Assembly: GCF_025526975.1 (NCBI RefSeq)
Contig: NW_026515689.1
Location: 248,001-312,000 of the forward strand
DNA length: 64,000 bases
Direction: 5' to 3'
Origin: Fimicolochytrium jonesii
Lineage: Eukaryota
In this document: positions 23,268-33,206 of the stretch, piece after piece
How the letters are laid out: the number at the start of each line of letters is the position of its first letter
How positions within the stretch are numbered: the stretch's first letter is position 1
Notes under the pieces: generated by a model
Seen by the model: the letters and a program-made list of their open reading frames with translations, nothing else
Database searches by the model: none
Told to the model about the DNA's origin: nothing
Position numbers and translations under genes: made by a program

Positions 23268-24548
23268 CTACTGAAAACCCTTTTTCTGACCAGCATCCCA
23301 ACATGGCTTATCTTTAGCCTCGTCGGACTTCTTATCCTTCTTCTTAGGACAATCTTGCGCACGATGACCCATCTCGCCACAATCAAAACATTTCATGTGC
23401 GAGAGGTCTGGGCGTGCGTCAGGTTTAGCAGCTTCATCCTTCTTAGCTTTCCCCCCCTTCTTGCCAGCAGTACCCGCGGCAGAAGAGACATTAGCACATT
23501 TAGGCGCACTACTACCAGAAGCAACCGCTTTATTGTTTGCGTCGGTTCCCTTATCGGTGAGATGAGGTACAGCAAACGAACTAAGCGCACGATCCATCAA
23601 ACGAATCAATGGAAATGCGAGCAGAGGGTGTTGCTCCCTATAATCGACCATCGTATGCAACAACGACTGGGCGATCTCATAGCAAACGGTATTGTTCTTA
23701 TCGCGAGTAAGACCACGAAGGAACAGGTTATTCAAATCGTCGGGGGTATTAACCTCCAGGTTGCGCTGTGCCTCGGCAACGATACGTTTGAACTCCGTCA
23801 CATACGAATCCATCGACTTATGAAGAGTCATTTGGTGCAGAGCATTGAGCGCATTTGTTTTCGGGTTCGTAAGATAGAAGGCTAACTTGAAAGCCGTTTG
23901 AAAATCCTCTTTCCGCATGTCAAGCCTGCATGCGGTGTTGGACCAGGTAAGTGCGTCGCCTTCAAGCGAGCTAGATACCTTGTGCATGTACTTAAAGTCG
24001 TCAATCGGAAGACCAAAAGTAACCATGAAGTCCGTATGCTTCTGCAAAAACTTGTCGACAAAAGCGGCCTCACGCCGTTTACCATTAAACGGATGCTGCG
24101 AGATCCATGTACCATGGTGTCTACGCTGCTCGATATAGAATGGATCCACCAACCCATCCTGCAGCACATCACGGCGCATTGCAGAGTCACGCTCCAACGT
24201 AGCTTGCAAACGATCCTGTTGAGCCTGATGTTCCTCGGCATGTTGATCGCGAACTTCTGCTCGAGCGGCAGCCGCAGCAGCCTTCATTCGGGCATTGAGC
24301 TCCTCAACGGAGATCGTCAACATAGCCGTAGCGGGCGGGTGACCAGGAGGAGGTGGAGGAGGTCCACCCACCTGGATACCCTCCATTGGAACAGGTCCCG
24401 TTGTTCGAGGAGGAAGAGGAAGGCGAACTTCAACACGAGGTTCGTCAACAGAAGTCTCCAGCTCCTCAACGATCTCAGTAATAACAGCTGTACCCCCAGG
24501 AGTAGTTTCCTCACTCCTGGTAACTGTACTACCCGTTGATGTAATCAT
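23268..24548 (-). CDS. gag: Gag of gypsy G1 (intact 426-aa ORF)
   Basis: LEGDALTW retrotrans-gag core, YVTEFKRI...LFLRGL, zinc knuckle CFDCGEMGHRAQDC. Confidence 0.88.
   Translation of the reverse strand: MITSTGSTVTRSEETTPGGTAVITEIVEELETSVDEPRVEVRLPLPPRTTGPVPMEGIQVGGPPPPPPGHPPATAMLTISVEELNARMKAAAAAARAEVRDQHAEEHQAQQDRLQATLERDSAMRRDVLQDGLVDPFYIEQRRHHGTWISQHPFNGKRREAAFVDKFLQKHTDFMVTFGLPIDDFKYMHKVSSSLEGDALTWSNTACRLDMRKEDFQTAFKLAFYLTNPKTNALNALHQMTLHKSMDSYVTEFKRIVAEAQRNLEVNTPDDLNNLFLRGLTRDKNNTVCYEIAQSLLHTMVDYREQHPLLAFPLIRLMDRALSSFAVPHLTDKGTDANNKAVASGSSAPKCANVSSAAGTAGKKGGKAKKDEAAKPDARPDLSHMKCFDCGEMGHRAQDCPKKKDKKSDEAKDKPCWDAGQKKGFQ
23274..23280 (-). promoter_or_regulatory. Probable -1 ribosomal frameshift slippery heptamer G GGU UUU at the gag/pol junction
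   Basis: AAG GGT TTT CAG TAG in the gag frame; the -1 frame reads GFSVETFNK and continues into the protease ORF. Confidence 0.7.
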
Positions 24549-25642
24549 GACGACCTTCTGGCCAGTGTAATCCCGTTTTCAGGTTGAATAACCTCAAACA
24601 ACGACGAATACGTCCAAAATGCGGACAGAAGTACTCCGCTGATGTTGTATAGCTCAGTACCTCAAGCAAATACACACAAACAACTAGGTTCTCAAATCAG
24701 GTATATGCCATATGCAATAACCAAAATTCGGGCATAGATATTCCCTCTTTTTGAGCGAAAAATCCCCAAAATCCACCGTGTCCAATGTCGGCGGGTTTTG
24801 GCTACATTGATCCTAGACAGGATCTGAAGCTATCAGTTTAAAGAGGTCTTTGAGAGGATCAAGAAGAACCCTAGCGGCTTAGCTCTGTCCCAAAACTGAA
24901 AGACTTTTCCTATCCGCCCGTTTTCGCTTAAGTATCGAATTAACGACGAAGGCGATGACGGATTACTCGTTTTGCAGTGATTCAAAAATCCCAAAACGTT
25001 CAGGTAAATTCAAGGTAATTCTCGGGGTCGGGAAGAACCTTATGGGGGTCATTTTGTTCAAAACTGTGATAATTTTGCTATATGGAGGTTATAATGGCGA
25101 CGATTTAGCGCGTTTTTCGATATCTCCGTATCCGTAGGTCGAATTTCTTTGAAACTTTCACAAGTCTTCAAGCTCAGGGTACTCTACGAGATTTCCGAGT
25201 TGGAAGGGGATCAAATTACTGGGGTAGATTTCCGATCCGTGAACGGGTTACTAATTGGCTACTAGTAAACACGCGTTTATGTCGGCTACGTGTCGACCGT
25301 TGAACGTATACTCTCAAGGGGTTGATATACCGAAAGATTGAAGTATGGATGGCAACCTGTGAGTTACGGAGGTTTGCTTAACCATCCAGGTGCGAAAAGC
25401 AAGGTGGTTGCGACGTATCGGTCGTTCCACTAGGTAAATAACCAGGAGGTCGGCGCTTTTTGACTATAGCGCACTAGGGGCTTCAGGAGTTGCAGTGGAC
25501 GTTGTCCTGGACGTCCCAAAGGCTATTTGAATCGTCTAGAAGGGTTGTATCAACGTTCTGTTACGATTGCTACGTCCGCAATTTCGAGATGCTGAAGTTG
25601 CCGACGTGTTTATCTACTAGGGAGCTCGTTTTGTTCGAACAA

Positions 25643-25654
25643 GTGGTGCTACCA
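25643..25654 (-). promoter_or_regulatory. Primer-binding site (tRNA 3' end, initiator-Met-like)
   Basis: TGGTAGCACCAC immediately after LTR end; resembles Ty1/Ty3 TGGTAGCGCC. Confidence 0.75.
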
Positions 25655-25984
25655 TGTGATGTGAACTACCTTCCACACGGGTCGTATAATTGATGTTGGT
25701 ATACAATAACTACTTTGCTGTAAGGTATTGTAGATGGACTGGGTGTTCGTCGGCTCTGCTATGCGATATGTAGTAGAAGAACTACTTGTTGTGCATAGGA
25801 ACGCGCGACGAGCACTGTTAAAGAACCCATGAGGTCGGAGTCCACTGGAGAACACTGTCTGGAAAGACCTTTCCTTGGACTGCGAAAGGTCTTTCGCTGA
25901 CCTCGGGAACATGTTTCACTTAGACAGCTATACATGTTCCGCTGACGTGTCGTTCTCCAATAAGACCGGACACTCCACATTACA
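25655..25984 (-). repeat. G1 LTR shared by copy B (as its 3' LTR) and copy C (as its 5' LTR)
   Basis: PPT (C8 on plus strand, 25985-25992) on one side and PBS on the other. Confidence 0.9.
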
Positions 25985-28900
25985 CCCCCCCCAGATTCTA
26001 CGACGCGAACCTGCCCAGCAAGCTCAAGCAGAGAAAACTATGAAGGTGTCCGGGATCGCACCCAGCGCAATCCTTGATGGTCCTCGTCGTCGTCAGTCCA
26101 AATAACCATGCAAAAAGCCATGGCTTTTTTGGCAGAAAGCCATGGCTTTTTCGCTGAAAGCCATGGTTCGCCAAATGGACGTCAGAATAGTGTGTCATTC
26201 AGGAAAGCTTTCCAGAAGACCGTCGTGGGTAGCAACATTTGCAAACCATTCCAATTTAATGGTATTTGCCATCCACGCTACCTGCTACCGGCAGCGGATA
26301 TCCCAGCTGTGAATGCAACGGGTGTGCTGTATCGCACGTTGCCTAAAACAAGTTGTCGGGCAATGGATGTACGCAACCATTGAGCCAACGAAGCTCTGTC
26401 GTTCAGAGTCAACGCCTATATGTACCTCCGGGCGTACACACCACCGAGTCTCCAGGAGTGATCAGTTCCTGCTTACTCATTACGGACGGCGGCCGTAAAC
26501 GCATTTACCCTATGCGGATGTCGTCTACCATCAAGGGGTCGTGTAAACACTCGTTTTGTGTAGCATGTTGCAATCCCTTTCACAGCTTTTGACTTATGTC
26601 CAACGATATCGTGAACGAGAACTTCTCTGCTCGATTACAGCGATATCCGAAGTTTTTGATGGACAGAAAGTCCCATCCAGATACAGATCATGCATGGCTT
26701 CCAGCCAACCGTGCACTCTTGCGTCGCAGAGCCTCAGTTCCCTTAGAGCGCTTCCGCTTTTGCTTATCTGTAACGGATTCTACTCCACCATGGACCAAGA
26801 TGAAGTCATCTAACGCAGGGCAGTCTTTCACTCGCTCGTGCGTTTCCCATGTCGTCTGCTCAGGTGAGTAACCAACCCACTGAACAAGGTACTCAAGTTT
26901 TCCATGGACCAACCTACGTCCGATAATCTTATCGACATAGTATTCTTCCTTGCCTTTGACTTGGACGGGCCCTGGGTTAGAGTCCTCTACATCGTTGATG
27001 CGCAGCGGATCTGAAGTTGGCTCGTGCCAAGGCTTCATGATATCCGTATGGAAGACCGGGTATAAAGCACCCATCAAAGCTGGCCGCTCTAACTCGTACG
27101 TTTCCGGGTGCGGTCCTTCCTTCCTCACGATGAAGGGTCCGAGCCAGCTCTGTCTAAACTTGAGCAGCTTCTTGTTGAAAGCAGGGATCGTTATCCTGTC
27201 GCTGTTCAACAGGACTTTATCCCCTGGACTAAAGCTCTGTACACAACGTCCACGATCATGATACTTTGCTTGTTTGTCCTGAGCTTCCCGCAATTTCTGC
27301 TGCACTATGAGTTCAATGGATTGGTATGCCTCAGCACGTTTCTCCATCTGTACGATGAGCTCACATCGTGACTTATGCAAGAATGGGATCGTCGTATCAT
27401 CCATACGTTGCAACACCTTTGCGTCAACTTGCCAATGCATCGGTGCCTGCGGAATTCTACCCAAATCAACTTCGAAACGGCAGTATCCAGTGCTGTTCTG
27501 CGTACGGTTGTAGGCAAACTCTAACAATGGCAGTTTGTCAACCCAATCGTCTCCCGTTACATTAAGGTACGGTTTAATCTTCAAGATAGCGATACACCGT
27601 TTGACCTTTCCGTCCGTCTGTTGGTGTTGTGCCGTGCTCAAGCTCTGCTTAGAGCCCAACAACGATTGAAACACCTTCCAGAAGTCTGCCAGGTAGCAGG
27701 GATCTTGGTCTCTGACGATCACAGCTACAGTACCTGTATGGTGCCATACCTCACGGAAGTAAAGCTGGGCCAACTCCTCGGCAGTTATCATGGATGCCGC
27801 AGGTATAAAGTATGCGTGCCCTGACAGAGAGTCGATGAAGACAATAATACTGTTGTAGAACGCATCACTATGCACCTTCCCCCCCCACGACCGTGTTATT
27901 GGCATCGAGACAGGGTCCATACCCATCGTGTGCCAACGTCGGTCGGGAACTGGGAGCAAACGAAGTAAGCCAACACGCTTATTCTTCGGCGACTTGAACC
28001 TTTGGCAAAACCCACAAGTCTTGATGGACCCTCTCACGTTGGCGTCCATATCGGGCCAGTAAAACTCTCATAGGAGCTTGCCCAATGTACCTTGAACCCC
28101 CGTATGCGAGCCAGAGAGCAACGAGTCGTGGTACGCCTGCAATACAGTCCCTCATAAAGCAGCTGGCACATAGAACTTATTGTGGTACAGTAAACAACTA
28201 TAGTCATCGATCGAGAAACATCGATCGAATGTAGACTGTCGTTCCTTTGGCTGTGACAAAGCAACGCATCTTTCCGCGAAGCGAAGTACTCATCAGCCTC
28301 CAAGGTTCGTATCCAATCCTCAAGCATAACATTCCCCAAAGGAATATACTCGACAGACATCCCCATGGCCGCAGCGATTTCCACTCGCTTGTTACACTTG
28401 GCGCAGCGAGGAGCGTAATAAGGATTACGACTCAACACATGAGCGACGGTGTTCCAGCGACCAGGTTGATATTCAATATCAAATTTGAATTGTTGCAGGT
28501 ATTCAACCCATTGTGCTTGGCGATGGCTCAGGAAGGGCTGTGTCTGCAGCCAGACCAAACTAGCGTGATCGGTGAACGCGCGAAACGGGCGGTCATTCGT
28601 CCGATCCTGCAAGTAATGGCTGTTCGCCTTGCATATGCTAACCAGAGCTAATAGCTCTTGTTCGTGCACGGGGTAACGTGTTTCAGCGGGTTGCATCTTC
28701 CGCCCAAAGAAAGCTATCGGCTTTAACGGTGGCAGATTCTTATATCCCTTCACTGAGGTATGCAACGGTGATGGGTAATGCTCCGATGCATCCGCCGGCT
28801 GGGCGAGCCATCCGCCTATCGCAAAACTCGATGCATCTGTGAACACGTATAAATCTCACTCTGGGTCATAAGACGGGAGAGTAGGAGCTGTAATAATAGC

Positions 28901-30140
28901 TTCCTTCAGCTTAACAAAAGCCACATCTTTGACATCGCCCCAGTGCCAAGGCCTTTTGCCCGACTGTAACTCTGTCAATGAATATGCAATGTATGCATAA
29001 CGATGGATGTACTGACTTAGGTAATTTGTCAACCCTAAGAAAGATTGGACCTCTTTCTGTTTTGTAGGATGTGCAAAGTTTTGCACGGCGTCCAATTTCG
29101 AGGATGCAATGGCCATCGTATCCTCACCCAGGACATGGCCGCAGAATTCAAGCTCTTTCTGCATCCATTTGCACTTGGACGGCTTCACATAGAGTTTATG
29201 CTCAGCGAGAACAGCCAAAACGCTATCCACATGAGCAAGATGCTCCTCGGCCGTTTCCGAGAAGATTTAGATATCATCCAGGTAAGATATGACATACGCA
29301 TCATACATCTTGCCCAATATCCTATTGGTTAACCGTTGGAACGTTGCTGGCACATTCGTCAACCCAAATGGCATAACCAAGTACTCAAAATGACCAAACC
29401 GCGTCCGAAACGCTGTTTTGTCTCTATCAGCCTTGCGAACAGAGAGGCGGTGATACGCATCTTTGATGTCCAACAACGACTTGAACTTCTTTCCATGTAC
29501 GCGATCCCGCATCTCTGCAAGATTCAGTAACGGCGTACGATCCTATATCGTTGCTTTATTCAGCCCACGATAGTCGATGCACATGCGGAGACTGCCATCC
29601 TTTTTCTTACCAAATAACACGGCGGTGCCCCACGGGCTCTGCGAGTGCTGAATCCAACCGCGCTCGAGCATGAGAGTAACCTTCTCATTCAGCTCTTTGA
29701 GTTCGGCTTCGCTCATATGTTGTAAACGATTAAAGACTGGTTTTGTACCAGGCTCCAGCTCGATATGGAAGTTGTCATCTCCTCTATCGGGCGGCAACTC
29801 TGCGTGCTCGACAGCCAAACTATCCACGTACTTCTCTAACGTTGGATGAAGAAGGTGAATCGATGGCACGCCCAAATCCACCTTCTGTCCTGTAGCTTCG
29901 CACATCTGAACCTCTGGCTCTGGTTCGGCGCGATTGCTCTCATCCACGGGGACATAAGCTGGTGACGCATTCACTGCAGCCTCTATGTCCATAGCGTACA
30001 CTATGTAACACTTCCCATACACCTTTTTTCGAGATAAGCGAGTGAACTTCTGATAAGTTACAACCCCTTCACTCGAGTCTTCCCGTTCAGGCATCGCCGC
30101 CTTGAATTGTTTAGACTTCTTTCTGATGTCAAAGGACCGC
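25655..30140 (-). mobile_element. Gypsy G1 copy B: RT, RNase H, integrase, chromodomain, 3' LTR; 5'-truncated
   Basis: Near-identical to copy A (inverted) and to 21636-22604 of copy C (direct); same stops and frameshifts. Confidence 0.95.
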
Positions 30141-31695
30141 GTGTAAAGAAGCCATGTGGCTCAGATCTCTACTCAGAGAACTGAGCACACACCAAGACAA
30201 GACAGAACTCGTCCAAGGCCCCACAGTCATCTGGGAAGACAACCAAGGAGCTATGGCACTCGCCATGAACCCAGTTCACCATGCACAAACCAAGCACATC
30301 GACATCAGATACCACTTCATTCGTGAACAAATCGCACACAAGACAGTTATCCTCCAGTACTGCTCAACAAAGGAGATGATAGCTGATGCGCTCACCAAAC
30401 CCCTCCCCATGCCGGACTTCACACGTCTGAGAGCTGCGATGCACTTAGAGACTGCAGAGCCTTCAAGTGAAAGGGAGTATTGAGATAGCATTAAGATGCG
30501 GCACTTAGAAGGCTCTGCAAGACTTAGGACGCGTCTTGGGAGGCTCTGAAGATGTCTGGACCGTTTCCCAGACATCCAGGCGTCAGCACTGCGCTTTCAT
30601 GATGTTCTTAGAGGTCATAGCGGTCAGTAGTGCCCGTATGGAGTTCTGATTGGGTCGTAGTAGCTAGATTGGGCTTGATTGAGCTTGTGGAAGCCTGTAG
30701 CACCCGGACTTGGCAGATGCCCATGGGTTATACATGGCACTCACAGACGCCTGTAAAGAAGCCATGTGGCTCAGATCTTTACTCAGAGAACTGAGCACGC
30801 ACCAAGACAAGACAGGACTCGTCCAAGGTCCCACAGTCATCTGGGAAGACAACCAAGGAGCTATGGCACTCGCCACAAACCCAGTTCACCATGCACAAAC
30901 CAAGCACATCGACATCCGATACCACTTTATTCGTGAACAAGTCGCACACAAGACAGTTACCCGCCAGTACTGCCCAACAAAGGAGATGATAGCTGATGCG
31001 CTCACCAAGCCCCTCCCCATGCCGGACTTCACACGTCTGAGAGCTGCGATGCACTTAGAGGCTGCAGAGCCTTCATGTGAGAGGGAGTATTGAGATACCA
31101 TCAAGATGCGGCACTTAGAAGGCTCTGCAAGACTTAGGACGCGTCTTGGAAGGCTCTGAAGATGTCTGGACCATTTCCCAGACATCCAGGCGTTGGCACT
31201 GCGCTTTCATGATGTTCTTAGAGCTCATGGCGGTCAGTAGTGCCATGGAGCTGTGATCGGGTTGTAGTAGCTACATTGGGTTTTATTGAGCTGGTGGAAG
31301 CCTGTAGCACCTTCCGCGGGCTCCGCGGACTTGGCAGACGTCCATGGGGGCATCAGCAGGCTACACAGACTTGGCAAAACCTTACCAACCTTAACTGCGG
31401 CGCTCAGAGACGCCTTGGGCGTTCTGAGGGGGTCTCAGAGGGTGCTTTGGACGTCCCAGCACTTCGCTAAATCCCCAAGAATGAAGCCCCCAGATTCCTA
31501 TAAAAGGCAGACCTGTTGCCCATCCCCTCTCTTCACGTTAACCTCTTCAATACACTACTTTCTATCGCACTACTCTAGCCACACTACTGTCTTCTACATC
31601 ACAACACTGCCCTTTGGGCAGTTACGTCCCTCAGTCATCGGCGAATCAGTCTTGGTGACCTCTCAGATACACCTATATCAGCTAAGGTGTCAATA
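30141..31695 (+). mobile_element. Two tandem copia C1 3' ends (RNase H, PPT, LTR): partial LTR 30478-30727 and full LTR 31088-31695
   Basis: EAMWLRSLL...WEDNQGA...TKHIDIRYHFIRE...ADALTKPL twice, 610 bp apart; LTR TATTGA...TCAATA with TATAAAAG at ~31499. Confidence 0.9.
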
Positions 31696-32133
31696 TGTGG
31701 GGCCTTGGATGAGCGCCATCGTGTTTTGGTGCGTGCTCAGTTCTCTGAGTAGAGATCTGAGCCACCTGGCTTCCTTACAGGCGTCTGTGAGTGCCATGTA
31801 TTCGCCTTCAGTGCTGGAGGCGTCTCTGAGTGCCGCAGTTAAGGTTGGTAAGGTTTTGCCAAGTCTGTGAAGCCTGCTGATGCCCCCATGGACGTCTGCC
31901 AAGTCCGCGGAGCCCGCGGAAGGTGCTACAGGCTACCACAAGCTCAATCAAGCCCAATCTTGCTACTACAAACCGATCACAGCGCCATACGGGCACTACT
32001 GACCGCTATGAGCTCTAAGAACATCATGAAAGCGCAGTGCTGATGCCTGGATGTCTGGAAAACGGTCCAGACATCTTCAGAGCCTCCCAAGACGCGTCCT
32101 AAGTCTTGCAGAGCCTTCTAAGTGCCGCATCTT
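31696..32133 (-). mobile_element. Copia C1 RNase H fragment plus LTR fragment
   Basis: SSTEGEYMALTDACKEARWLRSLL; 31819-32133 is the reverse complement of the C1 LTR. Confidence 0.85.
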
Positions 32134-33206
32134 CCCACACTCTTTCGCTGAAGGGGAGGAGGAGGAGTCGATGGAGAGGAAGGACGAGAGGGCTTTGGCA
32201 TACATCTGCCTCAGTCTGAACGACACGCAGCTTATGCATGTGCATACAGCTCAGACGGCTTGGGAAGCCTGGTCTAAGCTAGCTGAGGTGCACGAACAAA
32301 AGGGGCTCGCCAGCAAGCTCTTCCTAGGTCGAAAGTCCCTTACCATCACCATGGACGAGTCTGACTCGATCACAAACCACATCAACAAAGTCAGACAGCT
32401 TGCACAACAGCTGGAGGCTATCGGCGCACCAGTACCCGAAGACGATATTACGACGACCTTGATATACAGCTTACCAAACAGGTGCGAACAAGTCATCACG
32501 AGCCTCGAAAGCAGGGCAGATGACTTAGACATGGAGTTCCTGACGGCCAGACTTCTGAATGAAGAAGCTAGGCGCAAAAAGGATAACTCGAAACCAGTCA
32601 GATTGACTGGAAACGCCTTCGTTGGGGACGGGGGACACCAGCAGGAGGCTGGGGGTTCAGCCAGGTTCGCCAGGAAGAAGGGAAAGTGCCATCACTGTGG
32701 TATTGAAGGGCACTGAAAGAACGAGTGCAAGAAGCTCAAACGAGAGCTAGCTCAAGCCAACAATGCAAATCAAGCCGAACCACAGCAGGCCAGCCAGGGA
32801 ACCGGGTTCCTCTTCATGGCAGCTATGAAACGCACGGAAATTAGCCCAGGGTGCTGGATTATCGACTCAGGAGCCTCCTCACACATGACACACGTCAGGG
32901 AATGGCTCCAGGACTACAAGACGGTGGAAACTGAGATCCAAGTCCAGCTAGCTGATAACCGGTCAGTCCTAGCCATCGGAACAGGCTCCATCTCGATTAG
33001 AACACAAGGGGAGCACGCTGGCACCCTTCGAAACGTCTGGTTGGTTCCCAAACTGGAAAAGAACCTCATCTCAGTAGCCCAGCTCACTGAGAATGGAGCA
33101 CAAGTCGAGATCTCGAGTGCAGAGTGCAAAATCAAGATCAGAGAAGGTGCTATCGTGTTCAGAACTCTCAAAGAGAACGGTCTCTACACCATCAAGGCCC
33201 AAGCTA
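32134..33206 (+). mobile_element. Copia C1 gag-protease fragment
   Basis: UBN2-type gag, CHHCGIEGH*KNEC, WIIDSGASSHM, KNLISV. Confidence 0.9.

Larger units (their letters stand above)
21636..25984 (-). mobile_element. Gypsy G1 copy C: 5' half (LTR, PBS, 1.1-kb leader, gag, protease, RT)
   Basis: PBS TGGTAGCACCAC; gag with CCHC knuckle; protease [50 protein letters not shown]. Confidence 0.95.

Noticed and set aside
21731..29545. Stop codons shared between TE copies as programmed read-through or an alternative genetic code
   Set aside because: They fall inside conserved domains next to frameshifts, and host genes end normally in TAA, TAG and TGA; duplication after decay explains them
32714..32716. 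TGA between copia gag and protease as a gag-pol read-through signal
   Set aside because: It replaces a residue inside the CCHC knuckle (CHHCGIEGH*KNEC), consistent with TGG to TGA damage
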